NCBI GenBank assembly: GCA_040285855.1
Contig: JAUFOQ010000001.1
Coordinates: 186,001-250,000, forward strand
Direction of reading: 5' to 3'
Length of the DNA: 64,000 nucleotides
Source: Eukaryota sp. GEM-RC1
Taxonomy: Eukaryota
The first letter of the stretch is position 1. Each line of letters opens with the position of its first letter. The notes beneath the pieces were generated by a model that ran no database searches, was not told the origin of the DNA, and worked only from the letters and a program-made list of their open reading frames with translations. The position numbers and the translations under genes were made by a program. This document shows positions 21,107 to 32,620 of this stretch, one piece after another.

Positions 21107-23977
21107 AAATTTTCGCTTCCAAACATTTGTCGATCGATGTTTCCTTCTCTATCGACCACCCGTCGATCGATCTCCTGTCTATCTATATGTACAATGAACA
21201 CGCTTACATTCTATAGTCTTTCGCTTCACATTTGAAACCCATCACTATCCTTTCTTCTCTTCAAGCTTTCCTTCTGAAAATGTTGAACAAGGAGTCGTAT
21301 GTGTTATCTAAACACACTCTACGCCAAATCACGCCAAAAATGTGCCACTTCCTTTCTTCTTCGGTTCTCATCCTTTGTTTTGATATATATAGGGGTAGAA
21401 TTCGGACTCAACTGGAACATTTTCCGCCGTGACCGGACGGTGGCTTTGGTAGAGACGATTTGCTGGAGTTATGTGATACCAAGAACATGGAATGAGCCCA
21501 TATACCCTCTCAGGGGTTAGAATATCATTCGTCTTCATGGTCTTCCTCTTCAATGACAGATTCCGCTGGTCTATCTTCGTTTTCATTCTTCAAACGCTTT
21601 CTACACAATGTTCTCATCTGATTTCTCCTTTCAAATTCTTTCTTTGGGAGGAGATTTTGTCTTTTCCAAGCTTTCTGTTTCTGGGCTGATGCTTCTTCAG
21701 TTAGCTCAGATGTACTTGTTGTCTGGTAAACTTCCTAGCTCTTCGTTGTTCGCTAAAACATCATGAATGATGTCAAATTTCTCCATGTGTCACTGCCTTT
21801 TTCTTGCAACCCTTTCTCTCCCATATGATTGCCAATGGTACCCCACTAGTAATATCAGTAGATGCACGTCAGTCATAGCTTCTATTTCACATAACAATAA
21901 ACATCCATCATCGTCTGTTCACACTGCACAAAACAAATCCGCGGTTTAGTGTCGGTCCAAACAGTGGCACTAAACCGAGGGAAGACTGTTTATCAAGGGG
22001 AGTTACAATATTTGTAGTTATCATTGACCAAAAAGAAAATTAACATATCTATGTTTTCGTTTAAAATGCCAAAAAGTTAAAACTATCGTAATGCAAGACC
22101 TGTTTAAACTTCTTACCAAATTCTGAACACAGTTTTTGGAACATATTCTAACACTTTATTCGATACCCAAAAGGTAACCTTACTACGAATAGATAAACTG
22201 TTGTTTAATAACCGCTGACATTTTGATAAGATAATAAACTGCGATGACACCATCACGGTGGATATCTAACAGTATTTGTTCTGTTGTGAATGGAAACGCA
22301 TTGAGTTATTGTTGTACATACGGTATATATAATATAGAAGTGACAAAAGCGTCAAATGAGAGAATTTAATCAAGGCAAAATTCACTAAATTTAGTGTGAA
22401 GGGAAATCTACAAGTGACTTGCGTTGGAATGAAGTTCACTTGTAATATTTATTGTTTGGAGGGAAGTCGAGTTGGAGTTCCAATATTTCTACGAGTGAAG
22501 TGAAATGGAGTTTGAGTTCCCCATCCCTATATGGTCGTTTCATGATTTCGGACAATAAATTATGACTCTGTATCAATGTACCACTAAATTCATTGTTTGA
22601 AGGAACAATGTGTCAATTAGAAATTATGTATTTACTACAGTTGTGTGGCAAGTTGTCAGTTTACCATTTCTCTTTATTAGCACATAGAGTCAGACTATAA
22701 CTTATTACCCTCTATAATTTCTTCTCAAGTGCACCACTTGCCAGGGCTCTACAATAATTGAAACCTTTCCTGCCATGTCCATACATAATAAACAGTTTTT
22801 GAAAACAGACCTTTGATTATTATAGCTTATCATAGAATTTACTGAAATTTGCTATAAGTGATATTTATACATCACCAGGTGAAGAAAAATTGAAAGCATT
22901 TACTTTGGTGTGAACAATGGAATGTTGAGAAATGTCAGCACTTGTTTGAAACGCTGCACACGGGAATCTGAGATTATACGAAAGTCAGTGCCAGATGAAC
23001 TCAAATGCTGTCACGGAACATCAAGTCCGAAAACAAAAAAATGAGGTTGTATGCTTAATCGACAAATAGTCGTTTTCGTTATTTGAAACTATCCAGAACG
23101 AATTTTTGGTTTAATGACATTGATGCCTAGATTTAAAATAGTCGTATTCTAAAATACTGTGGAACTCACTTTACTCATTTCAGCTACCACAGTTCCTTAC
23201 CCAAAATATTAGCTCTACATGATGAATCAATCTCAACAAAAAGAATAAATCTGTGACAATTCAGCAATTTGTGATCTCCATAAGCAGTTGCTTAGGGTAG
23301 AATTTACTCAACTAAAACGTGGCAGATGCTGACAAACAGCTGGGTGACGGCAGTAATGATTGAACATTTTCTAACATCATTGAGATCTTTGAACTGCTGT
23401 TGTTCATGATTACATCACACGAAACACCGAACGCGACGTCGGTCAAAGCATATTATGAGAGTAAATTCTTTGAACTCGGGGTGTCGTCAGATTAAAGTTC
23501 AGCAATTATACTCTTACATAGATTTACCCTACTAAAGATAACTCTGCGTAACTCTTTGCCAAATTCGTAAATTTTTGGTTATTGATTGGTCAAACAGGTT
23601 ACTTTCAAGTCATTATAACTAAAGGGAAACTTCAGCACTACCTGAAAACATCAGAAATCAGTAGGGTCCAGTGCTTTTCATAAATAAGAATGTTTAGAGA
23701 AACACAATCATCATCACCTCATATTTTAGCACTCTAAATCTGGTAAGCCATCGACTAAAAGGACAAATCAACACAACTTTGGCACTTTACATGACCCAAT
23801 TTGTTTACGTTATTGTTCAAAATACTCTTCAGAATTCCACGAGTTTCTGAAGACTTGCGTTGACCAGGAATTGAATTCCATAGACCAAAAGTTTGATCAC
23901 AATCCCACAAATCCACCACATGCATCCACCTTCTGAACTTTCCTCTGAAGCTGTCTTCACTGATAAAATCGTCCACA

Positions 23978-25439
23978 GTGTATGTCGAAAATGATCATCT
24001 TAAACCACAGGAATCTCTCCCTTTGCCTTCCTCATCCCACTGCCCTTCAGACCACCCACGGTTTCAGCAGTCGTTGCTGGCCCTAGTCCATCTTCATCTG
24101 TTGAGAAGTCTTATGAAGTCATCTGTGTCTACTGAACCTAATCGAGACTTACTCAGTTTGCAGCAGCAACTACCTACATTCTTTCAGAAAGTTGGCTGTG
24201 TCAGCTATCGCTTTTTCGAATCTTCTCTATTAGCAATCAAAATGTTTGTTGAATCAAATACTTTTCATGTGGTTCCTGAAGATCTGTCTGAAATATGCTC
24301 ATTTGCTTCTTTCTTTGGAGCAGAGGATAAACCTGTTTTCTTGCACGTCGACGGGTTTTTTTATGAAGAAGAATTTCTCAAATATTCTCACATAATAACA
24401 GGATTTGAGTTGACATTACGACATCCCAACTATTTCGAGTTCCTCCACAAGTCTACATTGTTGTATCCACGTCTTAAGCAACTTCATGTGCATGTTAAGT
24501 CCTCTATTTCTCCGGTCATGTTCGAACCACTCAAATTCAACACTGTATTGACAAGTATCATTCTGGATAGACGCCGTATAAGAGAGAAAGGTGCTAAAGC
24601 TTTAGCGGAAGTGTTAAAAGTGAACACTGTGTTGACAAATATTGGTTTGGCAAACAACCATATTGATGATGAAGGGGCTCATGCTTTGGCAGTTGCATTG
24701 AAGGTCAAAACCACATTGAGAAGCCTCAATCTGGCAAATATCTATATTGGAAATGATGGTGCTAAAGCTTTGGCAGATGCATTAAGATTTAATACTACAT
24801 TGGCAAGCATTAATCTTTGGGGAAATTTAATTTCTGATGAAGGCATTAAAGCTTTGGCAGAGGCGTTAAAAGTTAATACTTCAGTGACAAATTTTAATCT
24901 TCGCCATAACAGTTTTTCAGATGAAGGATTTAAAGCTTTGGCAGAGGCGTTAAAAATCAATACTTCAGTGACATCTGGGTCAAAACCCTGTTGGAATCGC
25001 AGGCGCTGAAGCTTTGGCAGATGCGTTGAAAGTTAATACCACATTGAGAAGCCTTGCTCTTTCCAACCACAAATATTCCAACGGCTACTTTTTTAAAGCA
25101 TTTCCAAGTGTCAGTGCCTTGGCAAATGCATTGAAAATCAACACTACTTTGACAAACATTGATCTAAGCCATATCGGTTTGTACGATTCAGATGTAAGAT
25201 ATTTGGCAGATGCGTTAAAAGTAAATACCTCTTTGAGAAGAATTGATCTGGAATGGAACCGTATTGGAGAGAAAGGTGCTGAAGAATTAGCGGAGGCTTT
25301 GTTAGTTAACACTACAGTTAGGAGTATTATTGTGTTGGACAATTCTTTTCATTATAGAGGATCTGGAGCTTTTGCTTTGTCAGAGGCAGCCAAAATTAAT
25401 GGAAAAGTTCAAATAAGTGGCATTCATTCCAAGCTATAA
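23978..25439 (+). CDS. RI-like/NLRC3-like leucine-rich repeat protein (28-aa repeats), frameshift ~24975-25010; true start probably slightly upstream
   Basis: About 10 repeats of 'ALAEALKVNTxLxxIxLxxNxIxDEGAK'. Confidence 0.88.
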
Positions 25440-26799
25440 CTGTGAAATTAATCATCTGTCCAGTAAATTGACACACCATGATTTTGTACCTTTGTATCAT
25501 TCTAAATTTAGTATTATGTTGTAAATACTTTTTGGAATAAATGTATTTTGATTTCACTGTATAGAGACAGCCGATGTATCCACGTAGCTTCTTTCCAAGT
25601 CATTCACTTGGTGGCCACAATGTTAAAGAGTAAGTAATCTAGAAGATTGATGATACAGTATGAGTGATTGGCCACTCATTCAGTAGCTGGCCTAAATCAG
25701 GAACGAATCAGCTAATGGACGTTTGTGCGGAAAGATAGGATCTTATGTATCACGATGGTGATCAATACACAAAACGCACACAGTAGAGACTGAATCAATT
25801 ATTGAATTTGAGTGTGAAATCGAAAACAGTTATTTAAAAACGAATTAAAGCTTACCGGACCTACTTTTGCTTTTTTTGAATCACAAATGTAGTACAATCG
25901 TAGTTTATCCTAAAATGCCCCACAGTTTTCCATTATAGCTGCATCTAAATCTTACCTAACGACATTAAGTGTGATATTTAGGAATACACAATAAGCAGCT
26001 GGGAAGGGCCAAAGTCGAAGTGTAGGATACCAAATGGAACAATATGATGTTCTTGGTAACGTCAAATATTTTTGATTCAATTATATGGAAGATGAATTTT
26101 AACAATCTGATAAAGTAACTGACCGATAAAATGTAAACGAACTTTAATAACATCACCGTCAAAAGCTGGAGAGAGTCACTTTTGAAAAGGAAAGAGAAAT
26201 AAACTTCACAACGGAAACCAATTCTCAGATGAACCATTCCTCTTGGTAGGGGATTTGAGTAAGGAGACAGACGTTATGTGTCACAGAACCATAAAACCAC
26301 TTTCAACATAACTGTCCTGATTTTCCAAGAAGATTTTCATGTTGATAGCGCCTTGCGATACTGATTGATGACAATTATAGGGGTTTCTTCAAAGAGGTAA
26401 AATTATGTAAAAATTATTTGTTGACTCGAGTTTTTCGAATTCCTGGAAGTATTTTTTGATTAACGACCAATTATAGAACTGTCTTGTGTTCTTCATTAGA
26501 CAGGTATTGTACCTTTGATGAACCTTTTCATTTCTTGGTTGAGAACACGCATTCTATTTGACCTCCACACATGCACATTCTTCCTTGTAGTAACTGCATT
26601 CACATATTTAATAACATATATGGCCCAAACTATGAACTGTTAAACTGTAGAGAGAGATATGTTCATTTTGAAATGAGGGAAAATGGAAATTCTTCAAAAG
26701 ATTGGAGGGTTTAACAGGTGAAACCTGTATTGTTTTTTCTGTCCCCACTTTAACACACTTACACTATTTCAAACGAACTTGTTAAATCAAACATATAGG

Positions 26800-28050
26800 A
26801 AAACTTATAGGTACTTAAATATGTAGATCTACTTCTTCTATTTTCAAAGTACCACTTACACCTTCATGGATAATAGCGTTGTTACGCAGATATATACTTC
26901 TAACAGTAGTATTCACTTTTAATCACATCTGCTATATCTTTAGCAATTTTATCTTCAATGAAGTTGCGGGAAATACAAAAGTTTGTAATTTCAGTATTGA
27001 TCTTCACCGCCTCTGCTAAAGCTCTAGTATCTTTATCTCCAACATAATTCTCAGTCACATTAATACTTGTAACCAGGGCTCTTCAAAAATATTTGCAATA
27101 TATTGTGAAAATTTATGTCACTGCAATACTGTTTTGCAACAACTGGTTTATTTGCAAAACTGTATTGCAATATTTTTCAACGATAAATTTTCTGCTTAAG
27201 TGCTACATTATTTCATTTTATACACTGGTATTTACAACACCCGCCAATTTTATAATTTATGCTTTGAATACACCACACTACTACTAGATTATGATAAAAA
27301 ACAACAAAAAAACGGTTTCGGCAATTGGCTGAGTATTGCTTACAATACCTGCAATAACGAAACAACATGCAATACCATACTGCAATATTCCAACCAGTCG
27401 CAATACTGTGTTATTGCAATGATAGCAAAATACAATTATTTTTTGAAGAGCCCTGCTTGTAACTGTAGAATTAACTTTTAAACAATCCGATCACTGACAA
27501 ACAAAAGAACAATAAATCCGCACATGAATCTCCTTGAGATTTGGAAAGAAACCAGAAGACTTGACAACAAATCACAGTTTTTTTGGTTGTATAATTCCAA
27601 TCCTGAAATTATAGACACACAACTAATCTCTAATCCAATCTTCAACACTAAACGCAGTGTCGCCGTGTTGTAAGAAAACAGATTTTGTATCCACTCCAAG
27701 TAAAGACGCAAATGAAAATACTTGGTAAAGCGTTGAAGGAAGTACATAAAACGTGTTTGTTTCAAAGAATACTTTGGTTGCTGGAAGAGCAGATTCAATG
27801 AAGTGATCGCTTACAAAGCCAACTTTCTCAAAGAGTGAAATCTTGCTTAATCTTAAGGAGAACACGACGAGGTTGAGCACGTTTCCAATTAGAACAATAG
27901 TCTAATGAGAGATGGAGAAAAGGATTGTGAACCAAAATGAGCAGAGACTGTTGGAAGTGAAGGTGATTGGATGGAGAATCGATGATGGAGCATGAATCAG
28001 ACAAATCATTATAACAGGGATGAGATGATGAGAGACTAGAAGAGAATCAT
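26800..28050 (-). pseudogene. Decayed paralogue of the LRR gene at 23978-25439, interrupted by a MITE
   Basis: 'FQQSLLILVH' and 'FEKVGFVSDHFIESALPATKVFFETNTFYVLP' align to 'FQQSLLALVH' and 'FQKVGCVSYRFFESSLLAIKMFVESNTFHVVP'; LRR 'KVNSTVT|SINVTENYVGDKDTRALAEAVKIN' reconstitutes across the insertion. Confidence 0.8.
27074..27455. mobile_element. hAT-type MITE (382 bp)
   Basis: Perfect 16-bp TIR CAGGGCTCTTCAAAAA / TTTTTGAAGAGCCCTG; exact 8-bp TSD CTTGTAAC; GCAATA/TATTGC subterminal motifs. Confidence 0.93.
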
Positions 28051-28937
28051 TACACCCTACAACATCAGTATTTGGAACACTAACCCAATTATCGGCTACT
28101 CTTTTAGGGAAGTTTAGTATGAGACATGTAAGTTTTGGTGCAGCTGGAAATTGTCGGACAAAGGCTTAACAATGGAAACAATACATTGTAATTGCAAAGT
28201 TCCATTAAATTTTCAATTTGTTTTCAGCGTGTCATATTTTTCATCTTCGTTTGTAGATTCACTTTCCAAGACCGCTGAGACAAAACGTCTTTGAGTTGAT
28301 GTTCATAAGTCTCATGAGTCTTTTTGACCTTATCTTGAGTCACTTAAACCCGATACTAGTATCAGTCCATATGTTTCCTATGTTGTGAAGGCTGCTCCAT
28401 ACATGATGGAGAATAATGGTCATCTGGGTCAGTGACAGTTTAATGACTATCTCTCTTCCGTAAACACAGTCGCGATCATTTGTCAAACTGCGACATTCGT
28501 ATAAAAATAAACATGTGTTCTTCTGTAAGCTTCTTTCTCTAAACATTAGAGATAAGCAACGATTCGACTCGACTGGACTCCAACAGTGCATTCAGATGCC
28601 GCTTAACGCTGAGCTATTTGGACATAAGACTTGACTTGACTGTGTTGACGAGTTATGACGTGGATCTTTATCGTCTTATAGTATGGGTTTTCTTATTCAT
28701 AAAGTTCTTTCCATTGCTTCTAGTTTGAGCAACAACTGTCGGTTAAACTAATTAGTTGAGTCATAGGACGATTAGTTTATGATAACTTGAGTTCGAATAA
28801 ACTGTTGATAGAGTGAGAATGGACAATAGAAACAAATGTCAAAATCACAGTATAAGGCAGGGCCTGAGAATAAATATTTGTATTTAAATATTTTAAATAA
28901 ATAATTAAATTATATTTTTTTTCAAGTTGGTTCCTCC

Positions 28938-29545
28938 CAGGCCCTCTCATAAGATAATTTAAAATAATTTGAACATCAAAATATGCCAAAAATAAATGTG
29001 AAATAAATATAATTAAAACAAAATAAAACCCAAATAAAAACAAATTATTTCATTACATAATGAATCTCAGTCACTATCAATCAATACACAATAATTGGAT
29101 CATCTCTTTCTTGTCGAATAAGGTTAGTTGACTTTCTGCTTCGTATAAGTGCTCAGCATCGTGGACGACCATTAGAATCGTTTACTGGTCATCAGCCCGG
29201 ATATAGTCGTTGGATTGGCTTAGGAGTTCTAAGTTAGAACACAGGTAAAGGCTTGTCTGCATCGGTTAGGTTCGACAATAAAATGGCAAAGTTTGAGGAA
29301 AAATGTCGCAACTTTGACTTTCTGCTGTGCTTGAGTGCTTCATACATCATATTTTAAGCCAATCAACAACCTTGAGCACTAAATTAACTCATGTACTATA
29401 TAGATCAATGAAGACATTTTATTTATATATATTCATATTTTGTTTTAATTTGTTTTATTTGCATGATCGTGAAAAAGTGTCAACAAAATATAATTAGAAA
29501 TAAAAAGAAATAAATAAAAATTATATTTATTTATGAGGAGCCCTG
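28938..29545. mobile_element. hAT-type non-autonomous element (608 bp)
   Basis: Imperfect 15-bp TIR CAGGCCCTCTCATAA / TTATGAGGAGCCCTG; exact 8-bp TSD GTTCCTCC (28930-28937, 29546-29553); AT-rich subtermini. Confidence 0.85.
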
Positions 29546-31010
29546 GTTCCTCCATTATTTATTTTTGAAAACACAAAACAGAAAATTATTTATACACATT
29601 TTTGTTCTATCATTGGATAACCTTCAAAAGTGAAAATTGTAACATGTTACAGTCCGTCACATTTGCAACTCAGTACGATCATCACCCTGTACTGAAACTC
29701 CATACAGAACTCATTACAGTAGAGAAACATACACTTTCTAAACTATTATTGATTCGATTTTAAACTGTCTCTTAGAATTTAACATGCATATGAGATGGTG
29801 TAGTGGTCTTGGTAGCTCCTTTGTAAATATTGATGGTATTCTGTATTTGTAAGTGTAAATAATACAAGGCGTTTTCCTTTGTGGGCTTGACAAAGTTGAT
29901 TCCTCTATCGATATAGCACCAGCCCAAACTAATTAAAAAGTACTGCTCTTCGTAACACAAAACCGCTATGACTGTGGTACTGATTGTATTCTTTCAACCC
30001 TGGAACTTTCAAAGAATGTGAAAATGTGTTTGCTGTTGTTTGGTTATTATTGAAAAACATCGCTTTGGTTTGATCACATTATCGTTGAATAGAACACCAC
30101 ATGTATGTCTACACTAAAAACATTCCTTCGTAACACTGAAACCTTTCTGGAAAGTTGTGAGAACACACCAAACCGGGAGAGGTAGTAGTGTTCATGTTAG
30201 ATTACGTTTGTAAAGTGTTGTGACATCCTTGATTCCATTGAATAAACAAATTAATTAACTGCAATTATTTATTTTGGCCCATTTGCAATAACTCATAATT
30301 TTTTATTCAAGAGAAAGTCTGATTCATTTCATTTACATACTCATTCCCGACCCCTGGTGTAAGGTCAAATTCATATGTTTAACCTACTGTTTATGCATCT
30401 TACCTGCCATCAGTTCACAACTTAAGGGGATAGATTTAACAAATTGGTTTACCAATGACGTTGGAGTAGTTTAGCTTGTGTGGTTTGGTTAATTTGAGAA
30501 CACAATGTAATGGCAATGTTGAAGCATCTTGGTCTACCATTCAAAGCTGGTATGTTGATATCGACCCTATGCAAAATTGATTGATCAACATCAAACACCT
30601 AGTCTAAATACAGCTTTGTGAGATTTGACTTAAGAAATTATGATGTCAATCAAAACAGAAAGAACAATGGAGTGTCATATTAATTCCCGAATTAACGCTG
30701 TTACTTTTATCTTGCATCAAGCAAAAATATTTATTGACTCGGAAAAGAAATGTATTTAGTGCAAATAACGGTATTTATTAGATTTTTTGAGTTTTCAAGA
30801 CTTGTGAAACTAGTATTTGTTCATTTACGCAATGTGATTTCATGTTCTACTCTTTTCAATAATGACGCAAAGACCTATGGAATACAGAATTACAGAATTC
30901 TATATAAAAGTGTAGCTGGTTATAGATGAATGTAGAGGATATATACATATTTTACAAAAGTCAGTTAGACAAACCAAAAAACTACGAGACTTTCCACTTC
31001 AATCACTGGA

Positions 31011-31571
31011 TTAAAACCTAACAAAGTCCGATAGATACTCTTTTGCTGTTGGAATCACCATAATATCACAATACTGAGTGATCAAGTGCAAGGATAGCTC
31101 TACAGAAGGGATGTGACAGAGAACCGAAAACTCAACCAAAGTTAAAGAATTCAAGCAGTTTGGGGACAAAAGGAGTGATTGATGACGTGTACAAATACCA
31201 GCTTCGTACAACCAGTTTGAAAAGAGTTGGCAATAGAACATACTGGGATGAGGGAAACGTTGTTGAAGAGGCAGCAAGACTTTAACCGCTTCATAGATTT
31301 GATCAGAAGAAATCGAACGATGAGTCAGATGGGAAAGGAAGTCAATATCGATACATTCGTCTCCATTAACAGCAAGTGAAGCAAGGTACAGTACAGCAGG
31401 AGCACTGATAGTTGGGGAAAGTGATGGAAGTCCTAGATATCCTGTTGTGAAACAGGAGAGATACTCGATAGCCAGGATTGATGGAAGTTCTAGAACAACA
31501 CAAGCCTCTTCGATCCACTTCTTACAGTATTCCAGTTGAATATCTCTGGCAGCCATAAGCTTTCTGTTCAA
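31011..31571 (-). CDS. Divergent cyclin-box-like protein; start uncertain
   Basis: 'KWIEEACVVLEL..LAIEYL...AVLYLAS...IDFLSHL..SISSDQIYEA..VL..L...PHPSMF' follows the spacing of a cyclin N-terminal box. Confidence 0.45.
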   Translation of the reverse strand: MNRKLMAARDIQLEYCKKWIEEACVVLELPSILAIEYLSCFTTGYLGLPSLSPTISAPAVLYLASLAVNGDECIDIDFLSHLTHRSISSDQIYEAVKVLLPLQQRFPHPSMFYCQLFSNWLYEAGICTRHQSLLLSPNCLNSLTLVEFSVLCHIPSVELSLHLITQYCDIMVIPTAKEYLSDFVRF

Positions 31572-32127
31572 TAGTTGACGATATCAGAACGGAAACTCTA
31601 GTTCAAATTCAGGTGTGAATTCCTTTTGACAATCCGATGCAAGACTCACATTTCCATCCAAGAAGTTGTGTTGTCAAAACGTTGATGAAGTGTTAACACA
31701 TTAGCCAACATTGCGTTCTCAACTTACGCTAACATGAAATGTTCAACTTGATGCTTCAAAGGCTTCACAAAAACATTTGTAGAGACTTGTTCAGTTTGAA
31801 TGTCTGGAGTCCTTAAGGTTTTTGCGATGGTACAATTATTGAGTTGTTAAAAACCGTTCTTAATTCTTGTTGATTGTGACTGGAATCGATAAAAGAATGA
31901 TTCAATTACTTTATGAAACTTCAATACAAAGAAAATTGACCTATCAGGAATAGAAGAGATTGACTAAGGAAAACACTTGTTTCAAATGTCAGCAGATAGG
32001 TTTTGAATGACAGAATCAAGAGGTCGTAACCACACAGAATTCTGTGCGATTATTTGTGAAAACACATCACTAAATCTCAAGCGAAATTCGAGAGTAAATT
32101 TTTGCAAAGCCAAATGTTTTTCTATTT

Positions 32128-32350
32128 TCAAAAATTTGAATCGATTGTAAGTTGCAACTGGGATTGAAGCTTATTCAAAGGGTCGTACAAACAATTATAA
32201 ATTGTACCTCGATTTCCAAAGTAGGGACCCAAAATTTTGATTGACTGAACAGAATAGTTGGTAATCTGTATAACTTCATTACCATATGTAATTTTAGCAT
32301 TTTTTCCAATCAAGAAACACTTACTCAATTTGATCTGCAAACCAATAAAT
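32128..32350 (-). pseudogene. Decayed non-LTR reverse transcriptase fragment (motif 7/thumb region)
   Basis: 'GLQIKLSKC...IKILGPYFG' matches the GLxxNxxKC...xLG pattern of non-LTR RTs; flanking frames are broken. Confidence 0.45.
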
Positions 32351-32451
32351 TCGGAAACTCAACAAAATTATCAAGACTCGATTGTCGAAAACCCATATGT
32401 CAGGGATGTTAAAGAATACAGAATAGAATTTCTATTCTTTTGCCACACCTA

Positions 32452-32562
32452 TGTTGACTATACCGTCAAATGGGGTACTAGTATCAGAGAAAATATAAGA
32501 CATAGGTTTATGAGACGGAGATAAGTAAAATCTATAAGGTAAAAATATACAAATAAACAACA
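32452..32562 (-). repeat. 111-bp LTR (copies at 36598, 40741, 44885, 49027, 53166, 57318, 61461, 63203)
   Basis: TGTTG...CAACA termini; direct repeats bounding each unit. Confidence 0.92.
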
Positions 32563-32566
32563 TTGG

Positions 32567-32585
32567 TCTTCTCTCTCTTCTTTTC
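32567..32585 (-). promoter_or_regulatory. Polypurine tract (PPT) candidate upstream of the 3' LTR
   Basis: Minus strand GAAAAGAAGAGAGAGAAGA followed by CCAA then the LTR TGTTG; present in all 7 units. Confidence 0.7.
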
Positions 32586-32620
32586 GAGGGTAAAAATCAA
32601 ATCTAGGGGGTTGAAGTTGA

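Noticed and set aside
22742..22760. CAGGGCTCTACAATAATT resembling the 27074 MITE end (also CAGGGCCTGAG at 28858)
   Set aside because: No partner TIR or TSD found; at most an orphan end.
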